Below are positions 8,065 through 16,717 of a stretch of 28,257 bases of DNA, in pieces (position 1 is the first letter of the stretch; every line of letters begins with the position of its first letter). The DNA lies in the IMG/VR virus record IMGVR_UViG_3300020173_001379, positions 1-28,257 of that record, one strand, 5' to 3'. The translations under genes and the position numbers were made by a program. Below the pieces are notes generated by a model. The model worked only from the letters and a program-made list of their open reading frames with translations. It did no database searches and was not told the DNA's origin. The stretch is from a virus (Duplodnaviria > Caudoviricetes).

Positions 8065-9423
8065 ATGCAAGGACAAGATACATTAGAAAAATACGGACAA
8101 TCTTTTCAAACAAAGGTTATATCCTCTTTACTAACTGATGTAAGAATTTTAGACAACTTGAATGAAATCATTCATCAAAAATTCTTCGAATCAGATGTTA
8201 ATAAATGGATTGTATCTGAGATTGTAGATTACTACAATGAGTATAGAAGGATTCCAACCGTAGATGTATTTAAGGTTAAAGTATCAGAGTTAGATGATAC
8301 GGGATTTCAAAAACGAATTGTAGAACAACTTAAATCCGCATACAACACCTTAGAAACTTCAGATTTAGATTACATCAAACAGGAGTTTTCTAACTTTTGT
8401 ATTAACCAAAATTTGAAACAGGCAATCATAGATTCGGTTGATTTACTTAAAGCAGGGAATTATGATAGTATTAAGGATTTAGTTGATAAGGCGATGAAGA
8501 TTGGTATCGATTCCGATTTAGGACACGATTACATTCTTGATTATGTAGATAGAACTGAAATTATTAATCGTAATACGGTACCTACGGATTGGGATGCACT
8601 TAACGATGTAATGGATGGTGGATTAGGACCAGGTGAATTGGGTGTAGTAGTTGCACCATCGGGTGTTGGTAAAACATGGGTACTTTGTGCACTCGGTGCA
8701 GCAGCAATAAGACAAGGAAAAACGGTAGTTCACTACTCACTCGAATTATCGGAACACTATGTGGGACAACGATATGATACAATCTTTACTCAGATTCCAT
8801 CAAATCAGTTGATTGATAAAAAAGAAGAAGTTTTTACTAAGATTAGTAAGTTACCAGGTAAACTACAAATCAAGTATTTCCCACCAAAAGGAATTACGGT
8901 TAAGAAACTTCAAGCACATATCGAGAAGATGACAGCAGCAGGTAATGCACCCGATGTAGTTATCCTCGATTATGCTGACCTTCTTTTATCATACACCAAT
9001 AAATCTGATTCTACGTACCAAGAGCAAGGTGGTACTTATATTGAACTTCGTGGTATGGGTGGAGAACTTGAAATTCCTGTTTGGACTGCATCACAAACTA
9101 ATCGTTCGGCAATTGATTCGGAGGTTATCGAGGCAGATAAGATTTCAGATTCATATGCAAAGGTAATGAACGCAGATTTCATTATGAGTTTGAGTAGAAA
9201 GAGTAAAGATAAACTTAACAACACTGCTCGTGCTCACATTATGAAGAATCGTTTTGGACCCGATGGAATTACTTTCCCATGTAAGATGGATACTAATGTG
9301 GGTATTATGGAAGTTTACAATAGTAACTCCTCAGATGGTATCATTGCAACAAAGGAAAGTAAGAATGGAGAAGAGATGGAGAGAAAACTCCTACACAAAA
9401 AATATGTAGAAAATTTGGGTTAG
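8065..9423 (+). CDS. Replicative DNA helicase (DnaB/gp41-like, SF4)
   Basis: GGLGPGEL, Walker A APSGVGKT, SLEL, ILDYADLL, WTASQTNR and KNRFG motifs. Confidence 0.93.
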   Translation: MQGQDTLEKYGQSFQTKVISSLLTDVRILDNLNEIIHQKFFESDVNKWIVSEIVDYYNEYRRIPTVDVFKVKVSELDDTGFQKRIVEQLKSAYNTLETSDLDYIKQEFSNFCINQNLKQAIIDSVDLLKAGNYDSIKDLVDKAMKIGIDSDLGHDYILDYVDRTEIINRNTVPTDWDALNDVMDGGLGPGELGVVVAPSGVGKTWVLCALGAAAIRQGKTVVHYSLELSEHYVGQRYDTIFTQIPSNQLIDKKEEVFTKISKLPGKLQIKYFPPKGITVKKLQAHIEKMTAAGNAPDVVILDYADLLLSYTNKSDSTYQEQGGTYIELRGMGGELEIPVWTASQTNRSAIDSEVIEADKISDSYAKVMNADFIMSLSRKSKDKLNNTARAHIMKNRFGPDGITFPCKMDTNVGIMEVYNSNSSDGIIATKESKNGEEMERKLLHKKYVENLG

Positions 9424-9562
9424 TATTGAATAATGTACAGACCCAAAAATTTAATAAAAGAAATTTGAAAAACACCAAAGTTTTTTTGAATATATACAAT
9501 AGTTATAATCACCACACGAAACACGAGGTGGTATAATCTAATAATTTTTAAAAATAAAAAAT

Positions 9563-9733
9563 ATGGCAACATCACAAGAACTTTTCGAACAAATTAAAGA
9601 ACTCTTCGCAGAATTTGAAGAGAATCATGAATCAACCACAAAGGCTGGTAAATCGAGAGCTAGAAAGGCAATCGGAGAAATTAAAAAATTAGTTACGGAT
9701 TATAGAAAAGCATCTGTCGAAGAGAGTAAATAA
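9563..9733 (+). CDS. Histone H1-like (Hc1-type) small protein, 56 aa, not in ORF track
   Basis: MATSQELFEQIKELFAEFEENHESTTKAGKSRARKAIGEIKKLVTDYRKASVEESK. The KAxxxRARKA...K...YRK-S pattern resembles the short Hc1/H1-like family of Bacteroidota. Confidence 0.75.
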   Translation: MATSQELFEQIKELFAEFEENHESTTKAGKSRARKAIGEIKKLVTDYRKASVEESK

Positions 9734-9741
9734 GAGACCAT

Positions 9742-10989
9742 ATGAGATACGTTACTAAACGAAGCGGAGAAAAAGAGTTATTTGATTTAGAGAAAATTCA
9801 GAACGCTATCCTAAAATCGATGGAGGGGGTAGGTAGAGTTGATTTATCTGCAGCTGAAAAAATTGCAAGAAGTTCTGAACAAAGTTTATTTAAATACGAA
9901 TATCAAAAACTTGTTAGTGTTGATGAAATTGGTGATGTAGTTGAGAACCGTCTTATGGATGCAGGTTTCAACGATGTTGCTAAAGAGTATATCCTATATC
10001 GCTCAAAAAACAAACCTAACATCTTCAAAAAACGAGTAGCGTTAAAACCTTACGAATACCCTGAGTTGGTAGAGTATGTTGATGCAATTAGACACTCATA
10101 TTGGGTGCATACTGAATTCAACTTTACTTCAGACGTTCAGGATTTCAAAGTTCACCTTAATGAAAAAGAACAAAGTGCAGTACAACGTGCTATGTTGGCA
10201 ATTTCACAAATTGAAATCGCAGTTAAAAACTTTTGGGGTGATATCTACAAGAAAATGCCAAAACCTGAAGTTGGTGCAGTAGGAGCAACTTTTGCTGAAT
10301 CAGAAGTAAGACACGCTGATGCGTACTCTAACTTAATTCAGGTATTGGGATTGAACTCGGAGTTTGAGAACCTTTTAGAAGTACCTGCAATTCGTAGAAG
10401 AATTAAGTACTTAGAAAAATCAATCAATACTGCCCGTTCAGTTGAGAACAAAGATTATTTTGAATCAGTAATCCTATTCTCAATGTTTGTGGAAAACGTA
10501 TCTCTATTCTCTCAATTTTTAGTAATCATGGCTTTCAACAAACATAAGAATGTATTGAAAGGTATGAGTAATGCTGTGGAGGCAACTTCGAAAGAAGAAA
10601 ACATCCATGCCGAATTTGGGTTTGATTTGGTAAACATAATCAAAAAAGAAAATCCTGATTGGTGGACTGATGATTTAGTAGAAGATATTATTGATGCTAC
10701 CATTGATGCATATGATGCAGAAGCAGAAATCGTAGAATGGATTTTTGAAAAAGGTGATATGGATTTCTTAACTAAAGAACAAACCTTAGAGTTTATTAAA
10801 GATAGATTTAACAGGTCTTTAAAGGCAATCGGTATCGAGAGTATCTTTAAGACTGATGAAAAAATCTTAGAAACTATTGAGTGGTTTGATGATGAAATTC
10901 TAACTACCAAACACACCGATTTCTTCCATAAGAGAAGTATCAATTACAGTAAAAAACAAAAATCGATTACATCAGACGATTTATTTTAA
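9742..10989 (+). CDS. nrdB: Ribonucleotide reductase beta subunit, class Id/NrdBi-like, with N-terminal ATP cone
   Basis: ATP cone (VTKRSG...FDLEKI...VDEIGDVVENRLM...VAKEYILYR) followed by KPYEYP, AISQIEIAVKNFW, ESEVRHADAY, EENIHA and HTDFF. Confidence 0.92.
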   Translation: MRYVTKRSGEKELFDLEKIQNAILKSMEGVGRVDLSAAEKIARSSEQSLFKYEYQKLVSVDEIGDVVENRLMDAGFNDVAKEYILYRSKNKPNIFKKRVALKPYEYPELVEYVDAIRHSYWVHTEFNFTSDVQDFKVHLNEKEQSAVQRAMLAISQIEIAVKNFWGDIYKKMPKPEVGAVGATFAESEVRHADAYSNLIQVLGLNSEFENLLEVPAIRRRIKYLEKSINTARSVENKDYFESVILFSMFVENVSLFSQFLVIMAFNKHKNVLKGMSNAVEATSKEENIHAEFGFDLVNIIKKENPDWWTDDLVEDIIDATIDAYDAEAEIVEWIFEKGDMDFLTKEQTLEFIKDRFNRSLKAIGIESIFKTDEKILETIEWFDDEILTTKHTDFFHKRSINYSKKQKSITSDDLF

Positions 10990-11001
10990 AAAGTTACAAT
11001 T

Positions 11002-12708
11002 ATGAGCGATAGAAAACCATTTGATTGGATTAATGACCAATCTATTACCTTCTTACAAAGAGGATATCTTAGTGAAGGTGAAGAACCATTAGAAAGAGTT
11101 AGAGCAATTGCAGATAATGCAGAGAAAATCTTAGGTATTGCAGGATTTTCTGATAAGTTCTATGATTATATGAGTAAGGGGTGGTACTCCCTTTCTTCAC
11201 CTGTATGGGCAAACTTTGGAAAAGTGAGAGGTTTACCTGTATCATGTTTCGGTTCAAACATTTCAGATAATATTGAATCAATTCTTTTCACACAAGCAGA
11301 AGTTGGTGAAATGAGTAAAATGGGTGGAGGTACTTCTGGTTACTTTGGTAATATCAGACATAGAGGTGCACCCGTAACTGATAATGGTCATGCACCAGGT
11401 TCAGTTCACTTTATGAAATTATTCGAATCAGTAGTAGATAATATTTCACAAGGTTCAACTCGTAGAGGTAGATTCTCACCATACTTACCAATTGAACATC
11501 CTGATATTATGGAGTTCTTAGAAATCGGAACTGAAGGGTTTCCAATTCAAGATTTAACTCATGCTGTAACTGTTACTGATGAGTTTATGGAAGCAATGAT
11601 TGCAGGTGATACTGAGAAGAGAGCTGCATGGGCAAAAGTAATCCAAAGAAGAGGTGAGATTGGTTACCCTTACATTATGTTCCATGATACCATGAATAAA
11701 AACACGGTTGATGTATATAAAGAGAAGGGAGCAAAAATCTACAACTCAAACCTTTGTTCAGAGATTGCACTTCACAACTCAGATGATGAATCATTCGTAT
11801 GTGTACTTTCATCAATGAACTTACTTCACTATGATGAGTGGAAAGATACTGATGCAGTTGAAACCCTAACTTACTTCTTAGATGCAGTAAACGAGGAATT
11901 TGTTACTAAGATTGATTCATTAAGACATAATGGTACACGAGAAGGTCAAAGAGCATTCTACTACTTAGAGAAAGCATACAACTTTGCTAAACGTCAAAGA
12001 GCATTAGGTTTAGGTGTATTGGGGTGGCATTCACTTTTACAATCAAAAGGATTACCATTTGATACAAGAGAAACTGCAAGATTAAACGTAGAAGTGTTCA
12101 AACTTATTCAACAAAAATCATACAAGGCCTCGGAAGAACTTGCTAAGATGTTTGGAGAACCTGAATACTTGAAAGGGTATGGTAGAAGAAACGTTACTCT
12201 TAATGCAATAGCACCAACCACTTCATCAGCATTCATTTTGGGACAGGTATCACAATCAATCGAACCAATTTGGTCTAATTGTTATGTGAAAGATGTGGCA
12301 AAATTAAAGGTAACAATTAAAAACCCAATCTTAGAAAGATTACTTGAAGAGTTGGGTAGAAATGATAAAGAAACTTGGAATAGTATCAAACAAAACGATG
12401 GTTCGGTTCAACATTTAGATTTCCTAACTGATGAACAAAAAGAAGTATTCAGAACTTTCGCTGAAATTAACCAAGCATCTATTATCAATCAAGCGGCAAT
12501 CAGACAAGATTACATTGACCAATCACAATCATTGAATTTGATGGTATCACCTGATATGCCAACTAAAGATATCAACAAACTTCTTATTGATGCATGGAAG
12601 TTAGGTGTAAAAACACTTTACTACCAACACTCAATGAATTCAGCACAAGCATTCGCAAGAAAGAAACTTGGTTTGAATGATTTACAGTGTGTAGCATGTG
12701 AAGGATAA
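11002..12708 (+). CDS. nrdA: Ribonucleotide reductase alpha subunit (short, no ATP cone)
   Basis: PVSCF, SNLCSEI, AIAPT, KTLYY and a C-terminal CVACEG. Confidence 0.95.
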   Translation: MSDRKPFDWINDQSITFLQRGYLSEGEEPLERVRAIADNAEKILGIAGFSDKFYDYMSKGWYSLSSPVWANFGKVRGLPVSCFGSNISDNIESILFTQAEVGEMSKMGGGTSGYFGNIRHRGAPVTDNGHAPGSVHFMKLFESVVDNISQGSTRRGRFSPYLPIEHPDIMEFLEIGTEGFPIQDLTHAVTVTDEFMEAMIAGDTEKRAAWAKVIQRRGEIGYPYIMFHDTMNKNTVDVYKEKGAKIYNSNLCSEIALHNSDDESFVCVLSSMNLLHYDEWKDTDAVETLTYFLDAVNEEFVTKIDSLRHNGTREGQRAFYYLEKAYNFAKRQRALGLGVLGWHSLLQSKGLPFDTRETARLNVEVFKLIQQKSYKASEELAKMFGEPEYLKGYGRRNVTLNAIAPTTSSAFILGQVSQSIEPIWSNCYVKDVAKLKVTIKNPILERLLEELGRNDKETWNSIKQNDGSVQHLDFLTDEQKEVFRTFAEINQASIINQAAIRQDYIDQSQSLNLMVSPDMPTKDINKLLIDAWKLGVKTLYYQHSMNSAQAFARKKLGLNDLQCVACEG

Positions 12709-12725
12709 AAATTAAAATTAAAGTT

Positions 12726-12989
12726 ATGGTAGAAATTAAAAAATTCGAAGCAGATTGGTGTGGACCTTGCAGAATGCTAAAACCAACTTTCCAAAAATTA
12801 GAAGAAACTTTTGGAAATTCCGTTAAATTTTCGTATATTAACGTAGATGAACAGCAAGAATTGGCTTCTCAGTACAACGTTCGTTCGATTCCATTTGTAG
12901 TAATTGAAAAGAATGGAGAAATTGTACAACAAGTAACAGGAGCACAATCTTCAATGACATACGAAAATATTCTAAACGGATTAGTGTAA
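12726..12989 (+). CDS. trxA: Thioredoxin
   Basis: WCGPC active site and cis-Pro motif VRSIP; follows nrdA. Confidence 0.93.
   Translation: MVEIKKFEADWCGPCRMLKPTFQKLEETFGNSVKFSYINVDEQQELASQYNVRSIPFVVIEKNGEIVQQVTGAQSSMTYENILNGLV
12810..12841 (+). promoter_or_regulatory. Possible internal promoter variant within trxA
   Basis: TTTG 12810-12813, 20 nt spacer ending TTTCG, then TATATTAA. This matches the extended TTTCGTATATT consensus of the other promoters but ends in a non-consensus AA. Confidence 0.4.
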
Positions 12990-12991
12990 AC

Positions 12992-13192
12992 ATGACCTCC
13001 AAATTGTGGTTTTTTAGTAATAGGTTACGTGGTGAATCCCATCCAAGAGCAAAACTAACTGCTGACCAAGTTAGACAGATTAGAAAATTGTATAATCAGG
13101 GATTCTCCACTAACGTAATTGCAAGAAACTTTAAAGTTTCCAAATGGAACATTGAGGAGATAGTTAAGAATAGAACTTGGACACATTTATAA
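12992..13192 (+). CDS. Small helix-turn-helix DNA-binding protein
   Basis: GESHPRAKLTADQVRQIR...STNVIARNFKVSKWNIEEIVKNRTW resembles the HTH tail of phage HNH endonucleases, here standing alone. Confidence 0.75.
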   Translation: MTSKLWFFSNRLRGESHPRAKLTADQVRQIRKLYNQGFSTNVIARNFKVSKWNIEEIVKNRTWTHL

Positions 13193-13199
13193 ATAAGTT

Positions 13200-13898
13200 A
13201 TGACAGTAATAGAAGCAACTTCTCCCGGTGATGCTTGGGTAAAGGTATCAAAACATCTTTTAGAAAATGGAGTAAAAGTAGGTAACTTAACCGAAGAACT
13301 CAATGTGATGACTGAAATCACCGAATTCAAATCAGATGATTGGTTTGATGGACACTTCAGAGAAGTAATGGGTGATGATAGAATCGATTATGCTAAGACA
13401 GTAACCTTTCTAAAACCCGAACCAAAGGTATCAGATAATCCTTTCTTTGAAGCAGAAGAAGGTTTAGATTATAAGTTTATTAAAGACCACTACCATCAAT
13501 CTTATTGGGGTAGAATGGTAAGTTGGAGAGGTGAATTTAATCAAGTAGAGAATGTGATTAAAATCCTTTCAACGGGTAAAGCAGTTAAAAGATGTGAATT
13601 GATTATCTTTGACCCTACTAAAGATGCACGAAATCCATATTCACAACCTTGTATGATTGCAATTGATTTGAAACCTCGTAATGGTAAATTGTACCTTACT
13701 TCAATCATTCGTTCTAACCGAGTATCGAAATCGGGATATGCAGATTATACAGCATTGGTAGAAATGGGACACTTCTTATCAGAACAAAGTGGATTAGAAT
13801 TGGGTAAAGTAAGTGTACTTGCTTGTTCGTGTCATATTGGTGATATGAATGATGAGAAAAAGAAAACAATCAAGTTATTAGAAATCTTAAACAAATAA
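13200..13898 (+). CDS. Divergent thymidylate synthase / dCMP hydroxymethylase-fold enzyme
   Basis: YWGRM, KRCELIIFDP, catalytic QPCM, IRSNRVSKSGYAD (Asp at the E. coli TS Asn177 position) and SCHI. Confidence 0.8.
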   Translation: MTVIEATSPGDAWVKVSKHLLENGVKVGNLTEELNVMTEITEFKSDDWFDGHFREVMGDDRIDYAKTVTFLKPEPKVSDNPFFEAEEGLDYKFIKDHYHQSYWGRMVSWRGEFNQVENVIKILSTGKAVKRCELIIFDPTKDARNPYSQPCMIAIDLKPRNGKLYLTSIIRSNRVSKSGYADYTALVEMGHFLSEQSGLELGKVSVLACSCHIGDMNDEKKKTIKLLEILNK

Positions 13899-13899
13899 T

Positions 13900-15405
13900 A
13901 TGTGTGGCATCGTTGCAACCATAGGTTATAATACATCAGATGTAAATGTGATGTTAGATGCAATTGAGCATCGTGGTAAGGATTATCGAGGTATTAATGA
14001 ATTTCAGGTACACGATAAAAAGATAGTTTTAGGACACAATCGTCTTTCCATTAATGATTTATCCAAATCAGGTAATCAACCTATGGAGTACGATGGAATT
14101 TGGTTAGTGGTTAATGGTGAGATTTGGAATTATCCCGAACTTCGAAAAGAGTATGAAGACCGAGGATATGAATTCAAATCTAATTCAGATTCAGAAATTA
14201 TCTTATTCTTATATAAAGAAGGTGAATTACAACGATTAAACGGAATGTTCTCTTTTGTAATCTATGATGGGGATAAACTAACTCTTTCACGTGATTGGGT
14301 AGGTAAGATTCCACTTTATATCCACAGCACCAACAAATACATCATTGCTAGTGAGATTAAAGCAATCCAAACACAAGAAGGTATCAATGATGTAAAGATA
14401 GTTCCTAAGAACACTTTAATTGAGATTGATTTAGCAACTGATGAATTTACAATACATAAGGATTTCTACTTTAAGTTTTCTAATGAACCAACTAAAGTAA
14501 CTTCACATGAAGAGGTTGGAGAAACTACTTTTAAGTTGTTGGAAAGTGCAGTTGATAAAAGATTGATTTCTGATGTACCAATCGCAACTTCATTAAGTGG
14601 AGGTATTGATTCAGCGATTATTACTTATCTATTAGCTCAACGAATTCCTGATATCAAAGCATACACTATCGCATTTGACCAAGAATCAAAGGATTTACAA
14701 AAGGCACGAGTATGTGCCGATGCAATTGGTGTAGAATTGGTAGAGGTATTTGTACCTCGCGATGAAGAAATTATTAAACAACGATTCATGGAATCAATTA
14801 GTGTGATTGAGTATCCATCTACTGTTCAAATGGAAGTGGGTATTTTACAATCATTTATCGCAGAAGAAATGGCGAAAGATGGAATCAAAGTTGCATTTAG
14901 TGGTGAAGGTTCCGATGAATCGTATGGTTCGTATGGTACATTTAGGATGTTCAGTAAAAAACCTGATTGGAGTGATGTTCGTAAAAATCTATTTGAAAAA
15001 CAACACTATGGTAACTTACTCAGAGGTAACACCATTTTTATGAATTATGGTACTATTGAATTGAGATGTCCTTTCTTTGATACTGATTTCTTAAATTATA
15101 CTACCAATCTTACTGATGAGTATCTTGCACATAAAAACCAATGGAAGTTACCACTTGCAAACGCATTCAGAGGTAAACTACCTGATGAGATTCTTGACCA
15201 AGAGAAAAGAGCATTCCAAAAAGGAACTAACTTCAAACAATATATTGAAGATATTATTTTGAATGATTCTAATATTAACTTTAATAATAGAAAAAATATG
15301 ATTCATGTCATTGGAGATAACTTCAAAAAGATTCATGGGTTTTCACATAAGAAGTTAAGAGAAGAAGTTACAAATAACAATGTAGGAATTTATAGATGGA
15401 TTTAG
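13900..15405 (+). CDS. asnB: Asparagine synthetase B-like glutamine-dependent amidotransferase
   Basis: Ntn Cys (MCGI), HRG, GHNRLSIND, NGEIWNY, PP-loop SLSGGIDS, SGEGSDE and ELRCPF. Confidence 0.9.
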   Translation: MCGIVATIGYNTSDVNVMLDAIEHRGKDYRGINEFQVHDKKIVLGHNRLSINDLSKSGNQPMEYDGIWLVVNGEIWNYPELRKEYEDRGYEFKSNSDSEIILFLYKEGELQRLNGMFSFVIYDGDKLTLSRDWVGKIPLYIHSTNKYIIASEIKAIQTQEGINDVKIVPKNTLIEIDLATDEFTIHKDFYFKFSNEPTKVTSHEEVGETTFKLLESAVDKRLISDVPIATSLSGGIDSAIITYLLAQRIPDIKAYTIAFDQESKDLQKARVCADAIGVELVEVFVPRDEEIIKQRFMESISVIEYPSTVQMEVGILQSFIAEEMAKDGIKVAFSGEGSDESYGSYGTFRMFSKKPDWSDVRKNLFEKQHYGNLLRGNTIFMNYGTIELRCPFFDTDFLNYTTNLTDEYLAHKNQWKLPLANAFRGKLPDEILDQEKRAFQKGTNFKQYIEDIILNDSNINFNNRKNMIHVIGDNFKKIHGFSHKKLREEVTNNNVGIYRWI

Positions 15406-16247
15406 TTCAAACACCAATAGAAGAGTATCAAGTTAAAGGAAAAACTGTCTACGTTAAACGAGACGATTTAGTAGGCGATGGTATCAATTTCCCTCGTTGG
15501 GCTAAGATTGAAGGAATTCGTAGAATCTTAGAATCTGATTACATTGATAAGAATAAACCATTAGTTCACCTTTCAGTATATGGAAGTTGGACAGGGTGGG
15601 TATTATCACGATTGTGTAAGGAATATGGAATTGAGTTTATTTCAGCATACCCAACCTCCAAATCATATCCACCTGAGATTTTAGAAATCATTAAAAGTAA
15701 TGGTGCAAAACTTCACCCAATGAAACCTAATATGATGAAACTTCTTGAGAACAAACTCAGAGGTGAAGCAAAAAGAAATGGTTGGCAGATGTTACCTTAT
15801 GCGTTTAATCATCCTACCTATGTAAGTTATATGCAGAGTAGAATGAAGGAAGTATTGGAACAGGGTGATTATGACCATTTAGTAGTTTCTATGGGAAGTG
15901 CGGTAACTGCATCGGGATTGATTAGAGAGTTCCTACAATATAGTTCGTGGAAAGATATCCTAAAGAATAAAAGACAGGTACACACGATTACCATGTCATC
16001 TATCGAGTCTACCAAAGAAATCTTAAATTACAACAAGGCAGGTGATATCAATAACATCCACATCTATAAATCTCCATATTCATTTGATGATATGATGGAT
16101 GATGTAATGGAATGGCCATTTGATTTAAATGAGTTTTGGGAGAGAAAAATGTGGTTATGGTTAACTGAAAACATTCAGAACCTTGATGGTAAAGTTCTCT
16201 TTTGGAATATCGGTGGCTCTTACAAAAAATCTTTAAATTTAAAGTAA
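15396..16247 (+). CDS. Fold-type II PLP-dependent enzyme (ACC deaminase / D-cysteine desulfhydrase-like)
   Basis: QTPIE...VYVKRDDL...WAKIEG (candidate PLP lysine), VVSMGSAVTASG phosphate loop and VLFWNIGG. Overlaps the asnB-like gene by 10 nt. Confidence 0.8.
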   Translation: MDLVQTPIEEYQVKGKTVYVKRDDLVGDGINFPRWAKIEGIRRILESDYIDKNKPLVHLSVYGSWTGWVLSRLCKEYGIEFISAYPTSKSYPPEILEIIKSNGAKLHPMKPNMMKLLENKLRGEAKRNGWQMLPYAFNHPTYVSYMQSRMKEVLEQGDYDHLVVSMGSAVTASGLIREFLQYSSWKDILKNKRQVHTITMSSIESTKEILNYNKAGDINNIHIYKSPYSFDDMMDDVMEWPFDLNEFWERKMWLWLTENIQNLDGKVLFWNIGGSYKKSLNLK

Positions 16248-16263
16248 AAAAGTTTCATAAAAA

Positions 16264-16295
16264 TTTGGATTTCTCGATTTTATTTCGTATGTTAG
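16264..16295 (+). promoter_or_regulatory. Bacteroidota-type promoter variant
   Basis: TTTG 16264-16267, 20 nt spacer ending TTTCG, TATGTTAG 16288-16295. Confidence 0.65.
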
Positions 16296-16330
16296 TACTG
16301 TAATTGAGTGAGAGAGTTAAACCCAAAGAT

Positions 16331-16660
16331 ATGAAAAACGTTAAAACTTACGAACGATTGGTCAAGAAGGCTAATCTCGGAATTTGTGAAAATTCAAGAA
16401 TGCCAAACCTTAACAAAGTTGGTGAACTACTAACTGAGTTAGGAATTAAAAACGATGTAACAACTTGGAGTTGTATGAAATGGACTTCAGCTGCAGGTTA
16501 CCGATACAACACTTCGGGTGGTACTCGTGAGTACAATGGTTATCGATTGAAAGTTCCTGAAATTAATTTGAATATCAATTCAACCGATACATACTACTCT
16601 TGGAACACGAAACAATTCGCTAGAGAGTTGGTAAAATTAATTGAAGAAAAACTTGGATAA
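16331..16660 (+). CDS. Hypothetical protein (about 109 aa; ATG 16331 preferred over TTG 16304)
   Basis: The AAAGATATG start context is shared with the next gene. TTG 16304 would lie almost at the transcription start. Confidence 0.7.
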   Translation: MKNVKTYERLVKKANLGICENSRMPNLNKVGELLTELGIKNDVTTWSCMKWTSAAGYRYNTSGGTREYNGYRLKVPEINLNINSTDTYYSWNTKQFARELVKLIEEKLG

Positions 16661-16683
16661 TTCAGAAAAAAATATTATATTTG
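16652..16683 (+). promoter_or_regulatory. Bacteroidota-type promoter
   Basis: CTTG 16652-16655, 20 nt spacer, TATATTTG 16676-16683. Confidence 0.7.
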
Positions 16684-16717
16684 TAAAACATTCTAAACCC
16701 CTAAAAGATTTAAAGAT

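Noticed and set aside
12992-13192. Active homing endonuclease
   Set aside because: No HNH or GIY-YIG catalytic motif is present, only the DNA-binding tail.
13200-13898. Ordinary thyA
   Set aside because: It has Asp rather than Asn at the dUMP specificity position and lacks several conserved TS residues.
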